In this document: positions 1 to 11,695 of the stretch, piece by piece
Numbering within the stretch: the first letter of the stretch is position 1
Layout of the letters: every line of letters begins with the position of its first letter
Source of the DNA: Hypanus sabinus
Taxonomy: Eukaryota
Reading direction: 5' to 3'
Assembly: GCF_030144855.1 (NCBI RefSeq)
Contig: NW_026781355.1
Span: forward strand, 186,001-250,000
Length of the DNA: 64,000 nt
Notes under the pieces: generated by a model
The model's input: the letters and a program-made list of their open reading frames with translations, nothing else
Told to the model about the DNA's origin: nothing
Databases searched by the model: none
Made by a program: the position numbers and the translations under genes

Positions 1-3000
1 CCCCTATAACCAAACCCAGTCTGTCCGATGTCCCTCAGACCAAACCCAGTCTGTCTGATCTCCCCTCAGACCTAACCCCGTCTGTCCGATCTCCCCTCAG
101 ACCAAAACCAGTCTGTTCAATCTCCTTTCAGACCAGACCCAGTCTGTCCGATCTCCCCTCAGACCAAACCCAGTCTGTTTGATCTTCACTCAGACCAAAC
201 CCAGTCTGTCTGATCTTCACTCAAACCAAACCCAGTCTGTCCGATGTCCCTCAGACCAAACCCAGTCAGTTCGACCTCTACTCAGTCCAAACCCAGTCTG
301 TCCGATCTCCCCTCAGACCAAACCCAGTCTGTCTGATCTTCACTCAGACCAAACCCAGTCTGTCTGATCTTCACTCAGACCAAACCCAGTCTGTCCGATC
401 TCTCCTCAGACCAAACCCAGTCTGTCCGATCTCCCCTCAGACCAAACCCAGTCTGTCCAATGTCCCTCAGTCCAAACCCAGTCTGTCCGATCTCCTCACA
501 GACCAAACCCAGTCTGTCTGATCTCCCCTCAGACCAAACCCAGTCTGTCCGATCTTCACTCAGACCAAACCCCGTCTGTCCGATTTCCCCTCAGATCAAA
601 CCCAGTCTGTTCAATCTCCTTTCAGACCAGACCCAGTCTGTCCGATCTCCCCTCAGACCAAACCCAGTCTGTCTGATCTTCACTCAGATGAAACACAGTC
701 TGTCTGATCTTCACTCAGACCAAACCCAGTCTGTCCGATCTCTCCTCAGACCAAACCCAGTCTGTCAGATCTCCCTGCAGACCAAACCCAGTCTGTCCGA
801 TCTCCCCTCAGACCAAACCCAGTCTGTCCGATGTCCCTCAGACCAAACCCAGTCTGTCCGATCTCCCCTCAGACCAAACCCAGTCTGTCCAATGTCCCTC
901 AGTCCAAACCCAGTCTGTCCGATCTCCCCTCAGTCCAAACCCAGTCTGTCCGATCTCCCCTCAGACCAAAGCCAGTCTGTCTGATCTCCCCTCAGAACAA
1001 ACCCTGTCTGTCCGATCTCCCCTATAACCAAACCCAGTCTGTCCGATGTCCCTCAGACCAAACCCAGTCAGTTCGACCTCTACTCAGTCCAAACCCAGTC
1101 TGTCCGATCTCTCCTCAGACCAAACGCAGTATGTCCGATCTCCCCTCAGACCAAACCCCGTCTGTCCGATCTCCCCTCAGACCAAACCCAGTCTGTCCGA
1201 TGTCCCTCAGACCAAACCCAGTCTGTCCGATCTCCTCCCAGACCAAACCCAGTGTGTCTGATCTCCCCTCAGACCAAACCCAATCTGTCCAATCTCCCCT
1301 CAGACCAAACCCAGTCTGTCCGATCTCCCCTCAGGCCAAACCCAGTCTGTCCGATCTCCTCACAGACCAAACCCAGTCTGTCCGATCTCCCCTCAGGCCA
1401 AACCCAGTCTGTCCGATCTCCTCACAGACCAAACCCAGTCTGTCTGATCTCCCCTCAGAACAAACCTAGTCTGTCCGATTTCCCCTCAGACCAAACCCAG
1501 TCTGTCTGATCTCCCCTCAGACCAAACCCAGTCTGTCCGATCTTCACTCAGACCAAACCCCGTCTGTCCGATTTCCCCTCAGATCAAACCCAGTCTGTTC
1601 AATCTCCTTTCAGACCAGACCCAGTCTGTCCGATCTCCCCTCAGACCAAACCCAGTCTGTCTGATCTTCACTCAGATGAAACACAGTCTGTCTGATCTTC
1701 ACTCAGACCAAACCCAGTCTGTCCGATCTCTCCTCAGACCAAACCCAGTCTGTCAGATCTCCCTGCAGACCAAACCCAGTCTGTCCGATCTCCCCTCAGA
1801 CTAAACCCTGTCTGTCCGATCTCCCCTCAGACCAAACCCAGTCTGTCCGATGTCCCTCAGACCAAACCCAGTCTGTCCGATCTCCCCTCAGACCAAACCC
1901 AGTCTGTCCAATGTCCCTCAGTCCAAACCCAGTCTGTCCGATCTCCTCACAGACCAAACCCAGTCTGTCTGATCTCCCCTCAGAACAAACCTAGTCTGTC
2001 CGATTTCCCCTCAGACCAAACCCAGTCTGTCTGATCTCCTCTCAGACTAAACCCATTCTGTCCAATCTCCCCTCAGACCTAACCCAGTCTGTCCGATCTC
2101 CCCTCAGTCCAAACCCAGTCTGTCCGATCTCCCCTCAGACCAAAGCCAGTCTATCTGATCTCCCCTCAGAACAAACCCTGTCTGTCCGATCTCCCCTATA
2201 ACCAAACCCAGTCTGTCCGATGTCCCTCAGACCAAACCCAGTCAGTTCGATCTCTACTCAGTCCAAACCCAGTCTGTCCGATCTCCCCTCAGACCAAACC
2301 CAGTCTGTCTGATCTTCACTCAGACCAAACCCAGTCTGTCTGATCTTCACTCAGACCAAACCCAGTCTGTCCGATCTCTCCTCAGACCAAACGCAGTATG
2401 TCCGATCTCCCCTCAGACCAAACTCCGTCTGTCCGATCTCCCCTCAGACTAAACCCCATCTGTCCGATCTCCCCTCAGACCAAACCCAGTCTGTCTGATG
2501 TCCCTCAGACCAAACCCAGTCTGTCCGATCTCCCCTCAGACCAAACCCAGTCTGTCCGATGTCCCCTCAGACCAAAGCCAGTCTGTCTGATCTCCCCTCA
2601 GAACAAACCCAGTCTGTCCGATCTCCCCTATGACCAAACCCAGTCTGTCCGATGTCCCTCAGACCAAACCCAGTCTGTCTGATCTCCCCTCAGAACAAAC
2701 CCAGTCTGTCCGATCTCCCCTCAGACCAAACCCAGTCTGTCTGATCTCCCCTCAGACCAAACCCAGTCTGTCCGATCTCCTGTCAGAACAAACCCAGTCT
2801 GTCCGATCTCTCCTCAGAACAAACCCAGTCTGTCCGATCTCCCCTCAGACCAAACCAAGTCTGTCCGATCTCCCCTCAGACCAAACCCAGCCTTTGTGAT
2901 CTCTCCACAGTCTCTCATCAGAACAAACTCACTCTCTGAAAACACCTCAGTCACTCCAGAAAACAAAGACAGTCTCTGTCTGATCTCCCCTCAGAACAAA

Positions 3001-6000
3001 CCTACTCGGTCCAATCTCCCCTCAGACCAAACCCCGTCTGTCCGATCTCCCCTCAGACCAAACCCAGTCTGTCCGATGTCCCTCAGACCAAACCCAGTCT
3101 GTCCGATCTCCTCCCAGACCAAACCCAGTGTGTCTGATCTCCCCTCAGACCAAACCCAATCTGTCCAATCTCCCCTCAGACCAAACCCAGTCTGTCCGAT
3201 CTCCCCTCAGGCCAAACCCAGTCTGTCCGATCTCCTCACAGACCAAACCCAGTCTGTCTGATCTCACCTCAGAACAAACCTAGTCTGTCCGATTTCCCCT
3301 CAGACCAAACCCAGTCTGTCTGATCTCCCCTCAGACCAAACCCAGTCTGTCCGATCTTCACTCAGACCAAACCCCGTCTGTCCGATTTCCCCTCAGATCA
3401 AACCCAGTCTGTCTGATCTTCACTCAGACGAAACACAGTCTGTCTGATCTTCACTCAGACCAAACCCAGTCTGTCCGATCTCTCCTCAGACCAAACCCAG
3501 TCTGTCAGATCTCCCTGCAGACCAAACCCAGTCTGTCCGATCTCCCCTCAGACTAAACCCTGTCTGTCCGATCTCCCCTCAGACCAAACCCAGTCTGTCC
3601 GATGTCCCTCAGACCAAACCCAGTCTGTCCGATCTCCCCTCAGACCAAACCCAGTCTGTCCAATGTCCCTCAGTCCAAACCCAGTCTGTCCGATCTCCCC
3701 TCAGTCCAAACCCAGTCTGTCCGATCTCCCCTCAGACCAAAGCCAGTCTGTCTGATCTCCCCTCAGAACAAACCCTGTCTGTCCGATCTCCCCTATAACC
3801 AAACCCAGTCTGTCCGATGTCCCTCAGACCAAACCCAGTCAGTTCGATCTCTACTCAGTCCAAACCCAGTCTGTCCGATCTCCCCTCAGACCAAACCCAG
3901 TCTGTCTGATCTTCACTCAGACCAAACCCAGTCTGTCTGATCTTCACTCAGACCAAACCCAGTCTGTCCGATCTCTCCTCAGACCAAACGCAGTATGTCC
4001 GATCTCCCCTCAGACCAAACCCCGTCTGTCCGATCTCCCCTCAGACCAAACCCAGTCTGTCCGATGTCCCTCAGACCAAACCCAGTCTGTCCGATCTCCT
4101 CCCAGACCAAACCCAGTGTGTCTGATCTCCCCTCAGACCAAACCCAATCTGTCCAATCTCCCCTCAGACCAAACCCAGTCTGTCCGATCTCCCCTCAGGC
4201 CAAACCCAGTCTGTCCGATCTCCTCACAGACCAAACCCAGTCTGTCCGATCTCCCCTCAGGCCAAACCCAGTCTGTCCGATCTCCTCACAGACCAAACCC
4301 AGTCTGTCTGATCTCCCCTCAGAACAAACCTAGTCTGTCCGATTTCCCCTCAGACCAAACCCAGTCTGTCTGATCTCCCCTCAGACCAAACCCAGTCTGT
4401 CCGATCTTCACTCAGACCAAACCCCGTCTGTCCGATTTCCCCTCAGATCAAACCCAGTCTGTTCAATCTCCTTTCAGACCAGACCCAGTCTGTCCGATCT
4501 CCCCTCAGACCAAACCCAGTCTGTCTGATCTTCACTCAGATGAAACACAGTCTGTCTGATCTTCACTCAGACCAAACCCAGTCTGTCCGATCTCTCCTCA
4601 GACCAAACCCAGTCTGTCAGATCTCCCTGCAGACCAAACCCAGTCTGTCCGATCTCCCCTCAGACTAAACCCTGTCTGTCCGATCTCCCCTCAGACCAAA
4701 CCCAGTCTGTCCGATGTCCCTCAGACCAAACCCAGTCTGTCCGATCTCCCCTCAGACCAAACCCAGTCTGTCCAATGTCCCTCAGTCCAAACCCAGTCTG
4801 TCCGATCTCCTCACAGACCAAACCCAGTCTGTCTGATCTCCCCTCAGAACAAACCTAGTCTGTCCGATTTCCCCTCAGACCAAACCCAGTCTGTCTGATC
4901 TCCTCTCAGACTAAACCCATTCTGTCCAATCTCCCCTCAGACCTAACCCAGTCTGTCCGATCTCCCCTCAGTCCAAACCCAGTCTGTCCGATCTCCCCTC
5001 AGACCAAAGCCAGTCTATCTGATCTCCCCTCAGAACAAACCCTGTCTGTCCGATCTCCCCTATAACCAAACCCAGTCTGTCCGATGTCCCTCAGACCAAA
5101 CCCAGTCAGTTCGATCTCTACTCAGTCCAAACCCAGTCTGTCCGATCTCCCCTCAGACCAAACCCAGTCTGTCTGATCTTCACTCAGACCAAACCCAGTC
5201 TGTCTGATCTTCACTCAGACCAAACCCAGTCTGTCCGATCTCTCCTCAGACCAAACGCAGTATGTCCGATCTCCCCTCAGACCAAACTCCGTCTGTCCGA
5301 TCTCCCCTCAGACTAAACCCCATCTGTCCGATCTCCCCTCAGACCAAACCCAGTCTGTCTGATGTCCCTCAGACCAAACCCAGTCTGTCCGATCTCCCCT
5401 CAGACCAAACCCAGTCTGTCCGATGTCCCCTCAGACCAAAGCCAGTCTGTCTGATCTCCCCTCAGAACAAACCCAGTCTGTCCGATCTCCCCTATGACCA
5501 AACCCAGTCTGTCCGATGTCCCTCAGACCAAACCCAGTCTGTCTGATCTCCCCTCAGAACAAACCCAGTCTGTCCGATCTCCCCTCAGACCAAACCCAGT
5601 CTGTCTGATCTCCCCTCAGACCAAACCCAGTCTGTCCGATCTCCTGTCAGAACAAACCCAGTCTGTCCGATCTCTCCTCAGAACAAACCCAGTCTGTCCG
5701 ATCTCCCCTCAGACCAAACCAAGTCTGTCCGATCTCCCCTCAGACCAAACCCAGCCTTTGTGATCTCTCCACAGTCTCTCATCAGAACAAACTCACTCTC
5801 TGAAAACACCTCAGTCACTCCAGAAAACAAAGACAGTCTCTGTCTGATCTCCCCTCAGAACAAACCTACTCGGTCCAATCTCCCCTCAGACCAAACCCCG
5901 TCTGTCCGATCTCCCCTCAGACCAAACCCAGTCTGTCCGATGTCCCTCAGACCAAACCCAGTCTGTCCGATCTCCTCCCAGACCAAACCCAGTGTGTCTG

Positions 6001-7860
6001 ATCTCCCCTCAGACCAAACCCAATCTGTCCAATCTCCCCTCAGACCAAACCCAGTCTGTCCGATCTCCCCTCAGGCCAAACCCAGTCTGTCCGATCTCCT
6101 CACAGACCAAACCCAGTCTGTCTGATCTCCCCTCAGAACAAACCTAGTCTGTCCGATTTCCCCTCAGACCAAACCCAGTCTGTCTGATCTCCCCTCAGAC
6201 CAAACCCAGTCTGTCCGATCTTCACTCAGACCAAACCCCGTCTGTCCGATTTCCCCTCAGATCAAACCCAGTCTGTCTGATCTTCACTCAGACGAAACAC
6301 AGTCTGTCTGATCTTCACTCAGACCAAACCCAGTCTGTCCGATCTCTCCTCAGACCAAACCCAGTCTGTCAGATCTCCCTGCAGACCAAACCCAGTCTGT
6401 CCGATCTCCCCTCAGACTAAACCCTGTCTGTCCGATCTCCCCTCAGACCAAACCCAGTCTGTCCGATGTCCCTCAGACCAAACCCAGTCTGTCCGATCTC
6501 CCCTCAGACCAAACCCAGTCTGTCCAATGTCCCTCAGTCCAAACCCAGTCTGTCCGATCTCCCCTCAGTCCAAACCCAGTCTGTCCGATCTCCCCTCAGA
6601 CCAAAGCCAGTCTGTCTGATCTCCCCTCAGAACAAACCCTGTCTGTCCGATCTCCCCTATAACCAAACCCAGTCTGTCCGATGTCCCTCAGACCAAACCC
6701 AGTCAGTTCGATCTCTACTCAGTCCAAACCCAGTCTGTCCGATCTCCCCTCAGACCAAACCCAGTCTGTCTGATCTTCACTCAGACCAAACCCAGTCTGT
6801 CTGATCTTCACTCAGACCAAACCCAGTCTGTCCGATCTGTCCTCAGACCAAACGCAGTATGTCCGATCTCCCCTCAGACCAAACTCCGTCTGTCCGATCT
6901 CCCCTCAGACTAAACCCCATCTGTCCGATCTCCCCTCAGACCAAACCCAGTCTGTCTGATGTCCCTCAGACCAAACCCAGTCTGTCCGATCTCCCCTCAG
7001 ACCAAACCCAGTCTGTCCGATGTCCCCTCAGACCAAAGCCAGTCTGTCTGATCTCCCCTCAGAACAAACCCAGTCTGTCCGATCTCCCCTATGACCAAAC
7101 CCAGTCTGTCCGATGTCCCTCAGACCAAACCCAGTCTGTCCGATCTCCCCCCAGACCAAACCCAGTCTGTCCGATGTCCCTCAGACCAAACCCAGTCTGT
7201 CCGATCTCCCCTCAGACCAAACCCAGTCTGTCTGATCTCCCCTCAGACCAAACCCAGTCTGTCCGACCTCCTGTCAGAACAAACCCAGTCTGTCCGATCT
7301 CTCCTCAGAACAAACCCAGTCTGTCCGATCTCCCCTCAGACCAAACCAAGTCTGTCCGATCTCCCCTCAGACCAAACCCAGCCTTTGTGATCTCTCCACA
7401 GTCTCTCATCAGAACAAACTCCCTCTCTGAAAACACCTCAGTCACTCCAGAAAACAAAGCCAGTCTCTGTCTGATCTCCGCTCAGAACAAACCTACTCTG
7501 TCCGATCTCCTCCCAGACCAAACCCAGTGTGTCTGATCTCCCCTCAGACCAAACCCAATCTGTCCAATCTCCCCTCAGACCAAACCCAGTCTGTCTGATC
7601 TCCCCTCAGACCAAACCCAGTCTGTCCGATCTCCTCACAGACCAAACCCTGTCTGTCCGATCTCCCCTCAGACCAAACCCAGTGTGTCCGATCTCCCCTC
7701 AGACCAAACCCTGTCTGTCCGATTTTCACTCAGAGCAAACCCAGCCTTTGTGATCTCTCCACAGTCTCTCATCAGAACAAACTCACTCTCTGAAAACACC
7801 TCAGTCATTCCAGAAAACAAAGCCAGTCTCTGTCTGATCTCACCTCAGATCAAACCCAGT
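1..7860 (+). repeat. 31-bp tandem repeat array (consensus CAGACCAAACCCAGTCTGTCCGATCTCCCCT, with 30-bp variants) with higher-order structure; runs off the left edge
   Basis: Unit is directly visible throughout. Identical ORF-track entries recur 2,864 bp apart (1252/4116, 2398/5262, 2896/5760, 3602/6466). Confidence 0.97.
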
Positions 7861-8316
7861 GCGGGCGGGGTTGGGGTGGGGTGTTGGTGAATATGGAGAT
7901 AGTGATTGGCATGAATCAGCAGATGAAGCTACGATACTGTTACGATAATTACAAAACATCATTTCCCAACAAACTCCCACAAACACCCTACCATAGGGAG
8001 TCAGTGCTACTGTCTGCATGATTGGCACCCCGCATTACTCTCAGAGAGGAGGGAGCAGGACAGCAAATCAAACTCAGACTGTAACATACACCGCACTGTT
8101 CCGTGTACAGCAACTTAAAGATATTGCTGAGGATATCAGGACACGTGTGCTCAGAGACGATACTCAAGATCTTTTCCAAGCAACTAGCCATCAGAGAGAA
8201 CTTCAAGGAAAGGAGATTGATTATAATGTGTCCATCCAAATATGCACTCGTCTTTGCCGGATCTACAGTGAGATGGTGGGGAACTGAAGAACGCAATATT
8301 GACTGCTAAGGGTGTT
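7861..8316 (+). pseudogene. Extra, more diverged partial copy of the 5' part of the retroelement gag
   Basis: Colinear with ~8470-8920 (e.g. CACCCCGCATTACTCTCAGAGAGGAGGGAGCAGGACAGCAAATCAAACTCAGACTGTAACATACACC); ends at ...GGGTGTTAAC, joined to a repeat unit. Confidence 0.85.
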
Positions 8317-8457
8317 AACTCAGTCTGTCCGATCTTCAGTCAGAACAAACCCAGTCTGTCTGATCTCTCCACTGTCTCTCATCAGAACAAATTCACTCTC
8401 TGATCACACCTCTGTCACTCCAGAAAACAAAGCCAGTCTCTGTCTGATCTCACCTCA

Positions 8458-9432
8458 GTGCAAACCCAGTCCCAATGGGGGAGGGCGGGATGTGAATATG
8501 GAGGTAGTGATTGGCATGATTTAGCAGATGAAGCTACTAGATATGGTTATGATAATTATAAAATACCATTTCCTGAGGAATTCCCACCGACTCCCTACCA
8601 TAGGGGGTCAGTGCTACCGTCTGCACGATTGGCACCCCGCATTACTCTCAGAGAGGAGGGAGCAGGACAGCAAATCAAACTCAGACTGTAACATACACCA
8701 CACTGTTCGGTGTACAGCTACTTAAAGATATTGCTGAGGATATCAGGACACGTGTGCTCAGAGACGATACTCAAGATCTTTTCCAAGCAGCTCGCCATCA
8801 GAGAGAACTTCAAGGAAAGGAGATTGATTATAATGTGTCCATCCAAATATTCACTCGGCTTTGCCGGATCTACAGTGAGATGGTGGGGGCTGAAGAACGC
8901 AATATTGACTGCTAAGGGTGTTAACAGAGGGGACCCAGGCGACGCACAAGACAGATTTTACCGGAGGAGAGGGGAACATCCCACTGCATTTGCATCCCAT
9001 TTCTGGACTGTGTTCCAAGGAGTGTAGGAACAGCAGTAGAGTGCGGCCATTTAGATGGTTGTGGATACTGGCGTCTCACTATACCGTTGAATCTAAAAAG
9101 GCACTGGAAGTGTTTGATCCTTCTGAACCCACACATACTGAGGCATGGTCACTGAGGAAAATGTGTAGAGCGAGGGAAAAGGAGACACAGAGACCATCTA
9201 AACTCCCTAATGGGAAGGGAAGGTGATGTCTGTTAAAAGTCAGGCACCTGCCTGGAGAAATAAGGGTAGGGGACCCACCCTGAGGGCCTCCCTGCCACAC
9301 CATCAAGGGACAAGGAAGGGCAGCAGAAATGGAAATGGGCCAACAACAGGGAGAACTGAAGGTGGAGTAATTAAATGCTATAACTGTGGTCAAAAGGGAC
9401 ACATGAAGAGAGAATTTCCAAACCTGAGATGA
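8458..9432 (+). pseudogene. gag: gag remnant with degenerate CCHC zinc knuckle
   Basis: IKCYNCGQKGHMKREF (CX2CX4HX4C with last Cys changed to Phe); capsid-like AILTAKGVNRGDP...GEHPTAFAS; split over several frames. Confidence 0.75.
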
Positions 9433-9524
9433 GTAAGAGCAGAGCAATGTGGTTTCTTCTTGGAGGTACCAGAAAGACGGAGCCCACAAAATAACATGTT
9501 CCTCCAGCTTGTTTGTGCATGTTG

Positions 9525-9926
9525 AATGACTCACCCATATTGCCCGTGAGGAAACCAGATGGCTAGTTGGAGGCTGAATATCGAGAGGTGAATAAAGTAA
9601 CTCAGTAAACAGCCCCAACTTGTAGCAACTAACCCAGAAACTGTGGTCAAACAAAATGAAAATGCACAATTGTTCAGTTTTAAACATAAATAATGGATTT
9701 TGGTCATGGTCAAGTTTGCATTTGCTTTTCAGAGACAGCAGTAGAACGTGGACTACCCTACTACAGGGGTTCCATAATTCCCCATCTATATTTCACCAGC
9801 GCTCAGGGGAAAGGTTTAAATGGTTTTCAAAACCCGAGTGCTTGATACAGTACATAGAAGATCTATTCCTGCAGATAGAAACTAAACAGGAATATCAGCT
9901 GTTGACAGAACTGCTGCAATTATTAG
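9525..9926 (+). pseudogene. pol: Reverse transcriptase core fragment (left arm)
   Basis: PVRKPDG, LNINNGFWS, WTTLLQGFHNSPSIFHQ and QYIEDLFLQ (degenerate YxDD). Confidence 0.9.
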
Positions 9927-10346
9927 CAACACACACAAAATGCTGGAGGATCTCAGCAGGCCAGGCAGCATCTTATGGGAAAGAATACAGTCAACATTTC
10001 AGGCCTAAACCCTTCAGTGGGACTGGAGGGAAAAAGTCGGGAGGGATGAGTGGAGAAGGGAGTCACATAGGGTGCGAACTCTGCGGGAAGCAGAAATTGG
10101 GGGGAGGGAAAGATGTGCTTTGTGGTGGGATCGCATTGGAGGTGGGGGCAGTTTCAGAGAATTGTGTGCTGGACGCAGAGGCTGGTGGGGTGGTAGGTGA
10201 GGACAAGAGGAACATTATCACTGGTGGGGTGGCGGAATGATGGGGTAAGAGCAGACATGTGTGAAATTGAAGAGATGAGGTCGAGGGCAGTGTTGATGGA
10301 GGGAGAAGGGAGGCCCCTTTCTTTGGAAAAAGGAGGACATCTCCAT
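9927..10346 (-). mobile_element. Internally deleted remnant of the Penelope-like insertion (same insertion site as in the right arm)
   Basis: Reverse complement of ~15490-15606 followed by ~14520-14835. Confidence 0.85.
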
Positions 10347-10349
10347 TCA

Positions 10350-11695
10350 AAAATGAGATAGGAATGAAATAGAGAGGCTGAGAATTGGTGAAGCAATTCT
10401 CAATACAGGTTGTGAGACTGGAAGGCAGAAGGGAAAACAGATTAAGTTTATTGACTTAACAGAGGAGCAGAAAAAAGATGAAGATTTAAAAAAATAATAG
10501 AAGGTTCAGGGTCTGAAATATACAAAGAGGACAAGGGAGTCTTTGTCGAAGATAGAGTTGTCCTTCACGAAGGAAAGTTTGTGGCTCCAGAGGGAGGAAG
10601 AAACAAGAAGATCCATTGTTTCCATGATCTATGGGGACATCAGGGTGTGAAAGCACCCTGGAAAAGATCACGAAAGTGGGCTGGTGAAGGATGATGTGGA
10701 GCATTATGTCAAAAACTGCTTGATTTGTGCACAATATAATCCCAACAGACATGAGAAAAAAGGAGCCCTTTGACACACCAGGCCAGTGGAAGGGCTTTGG
10801 TCTATTTGCAGATAGGTTATGTTGGTCTCTTACCACCCACCCCAGGAGGGTACAAATATATTCTGGTAGAAATAGATACAAAGTGGGTGGAAGCTTTTCC
10901 AGCTAAAATAACCACAAAGGTCACTGCAGAAGTCTTATTGGAAAGGATATTGACTCATTGAGGATCACCCCGGAGTATTGAATCAGATCAAGGCGCACAT
11001 TTCTCAGCCCAGATAATGCAAGAAGTCATGAGACCTTTAGGGATCAAGCAGAGATTTCATATACACTGTGGACCACAGTCCAGTGGAATTGTGGAAAGGA
11101 TGAATCAAACACTAAAAAATATGATTACAAAAATGGTGCAACAACATGGAATAACGTGGCAAGTAGTTTTGCCTTATGCCTTGATGATAATAAGAAATTC
11201 AGTGGTATCTTCAATATGTTACACCCCGCAAGGGTTGAGCAGAAGGGACATTAGAGGATTAGAAGAGTTAGGATTAGATTTTCCTTGTGCCTTGATGATA
11301 ATAAGGAACTCAGTGGCATCTTCAACTGGTTATATCCCGTATAAACTCATGACCGGAAGGGATATGAAAGGCTTGGAGGAGTTGTTAGGATTAGATTTGT
11401 CAGAACCTGATATCGATGTGTTTGTGTCAGAAAAGTGGAACAACAATTGGTAGAGACAGTGGAAGAGGCCAGTTATGTGGCAGCCTACCAAATAGGAAAG
11501 AAGAAGCAACAGAGTAAAGCTGACTTTGACAAACGCATGACAAAGAGTGATGACTAGAAACACCAACCCACTCATTGTTAAATCCAAGGTTCGCAGGGCC
11601 CTATGAAATTATAGACAAAGCAAAACCTTCAGTGTACAGTGCTGACTCCTCACGATAAAAGTGGGTGGTACCATATCAACCAGCTGAAATTGGTG
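10350..11695 (+). pseudogene. pol: Integrase remnant (HHCC zinc finger, catalytic core, GPY/F C-terminus)
   Basis: FHDLWGHQGVK...VKNCLICAQYNP; LQIGYVG (first Asp lost), IESDQGAHF, PQSSGIVERMNQTLK; GPYEIIDK...GWYHINQLK. Confidence 0.92.

Noticed and set aside
1-7860. CRISPR-like appearance of ~31-bp repeats
   Set aside because: There are no unique spacers or cas genes; units are head-to-tail in eukaryotic DNA.
179-7890. Many S/P/Q-rich ORFs over the left array (and 18928-19504 on minus)
   Set aside because: The 31-bp unit lacks stop codons on one strand, so all three frames stay open by default. Frames shift with each unit and variants add stops.
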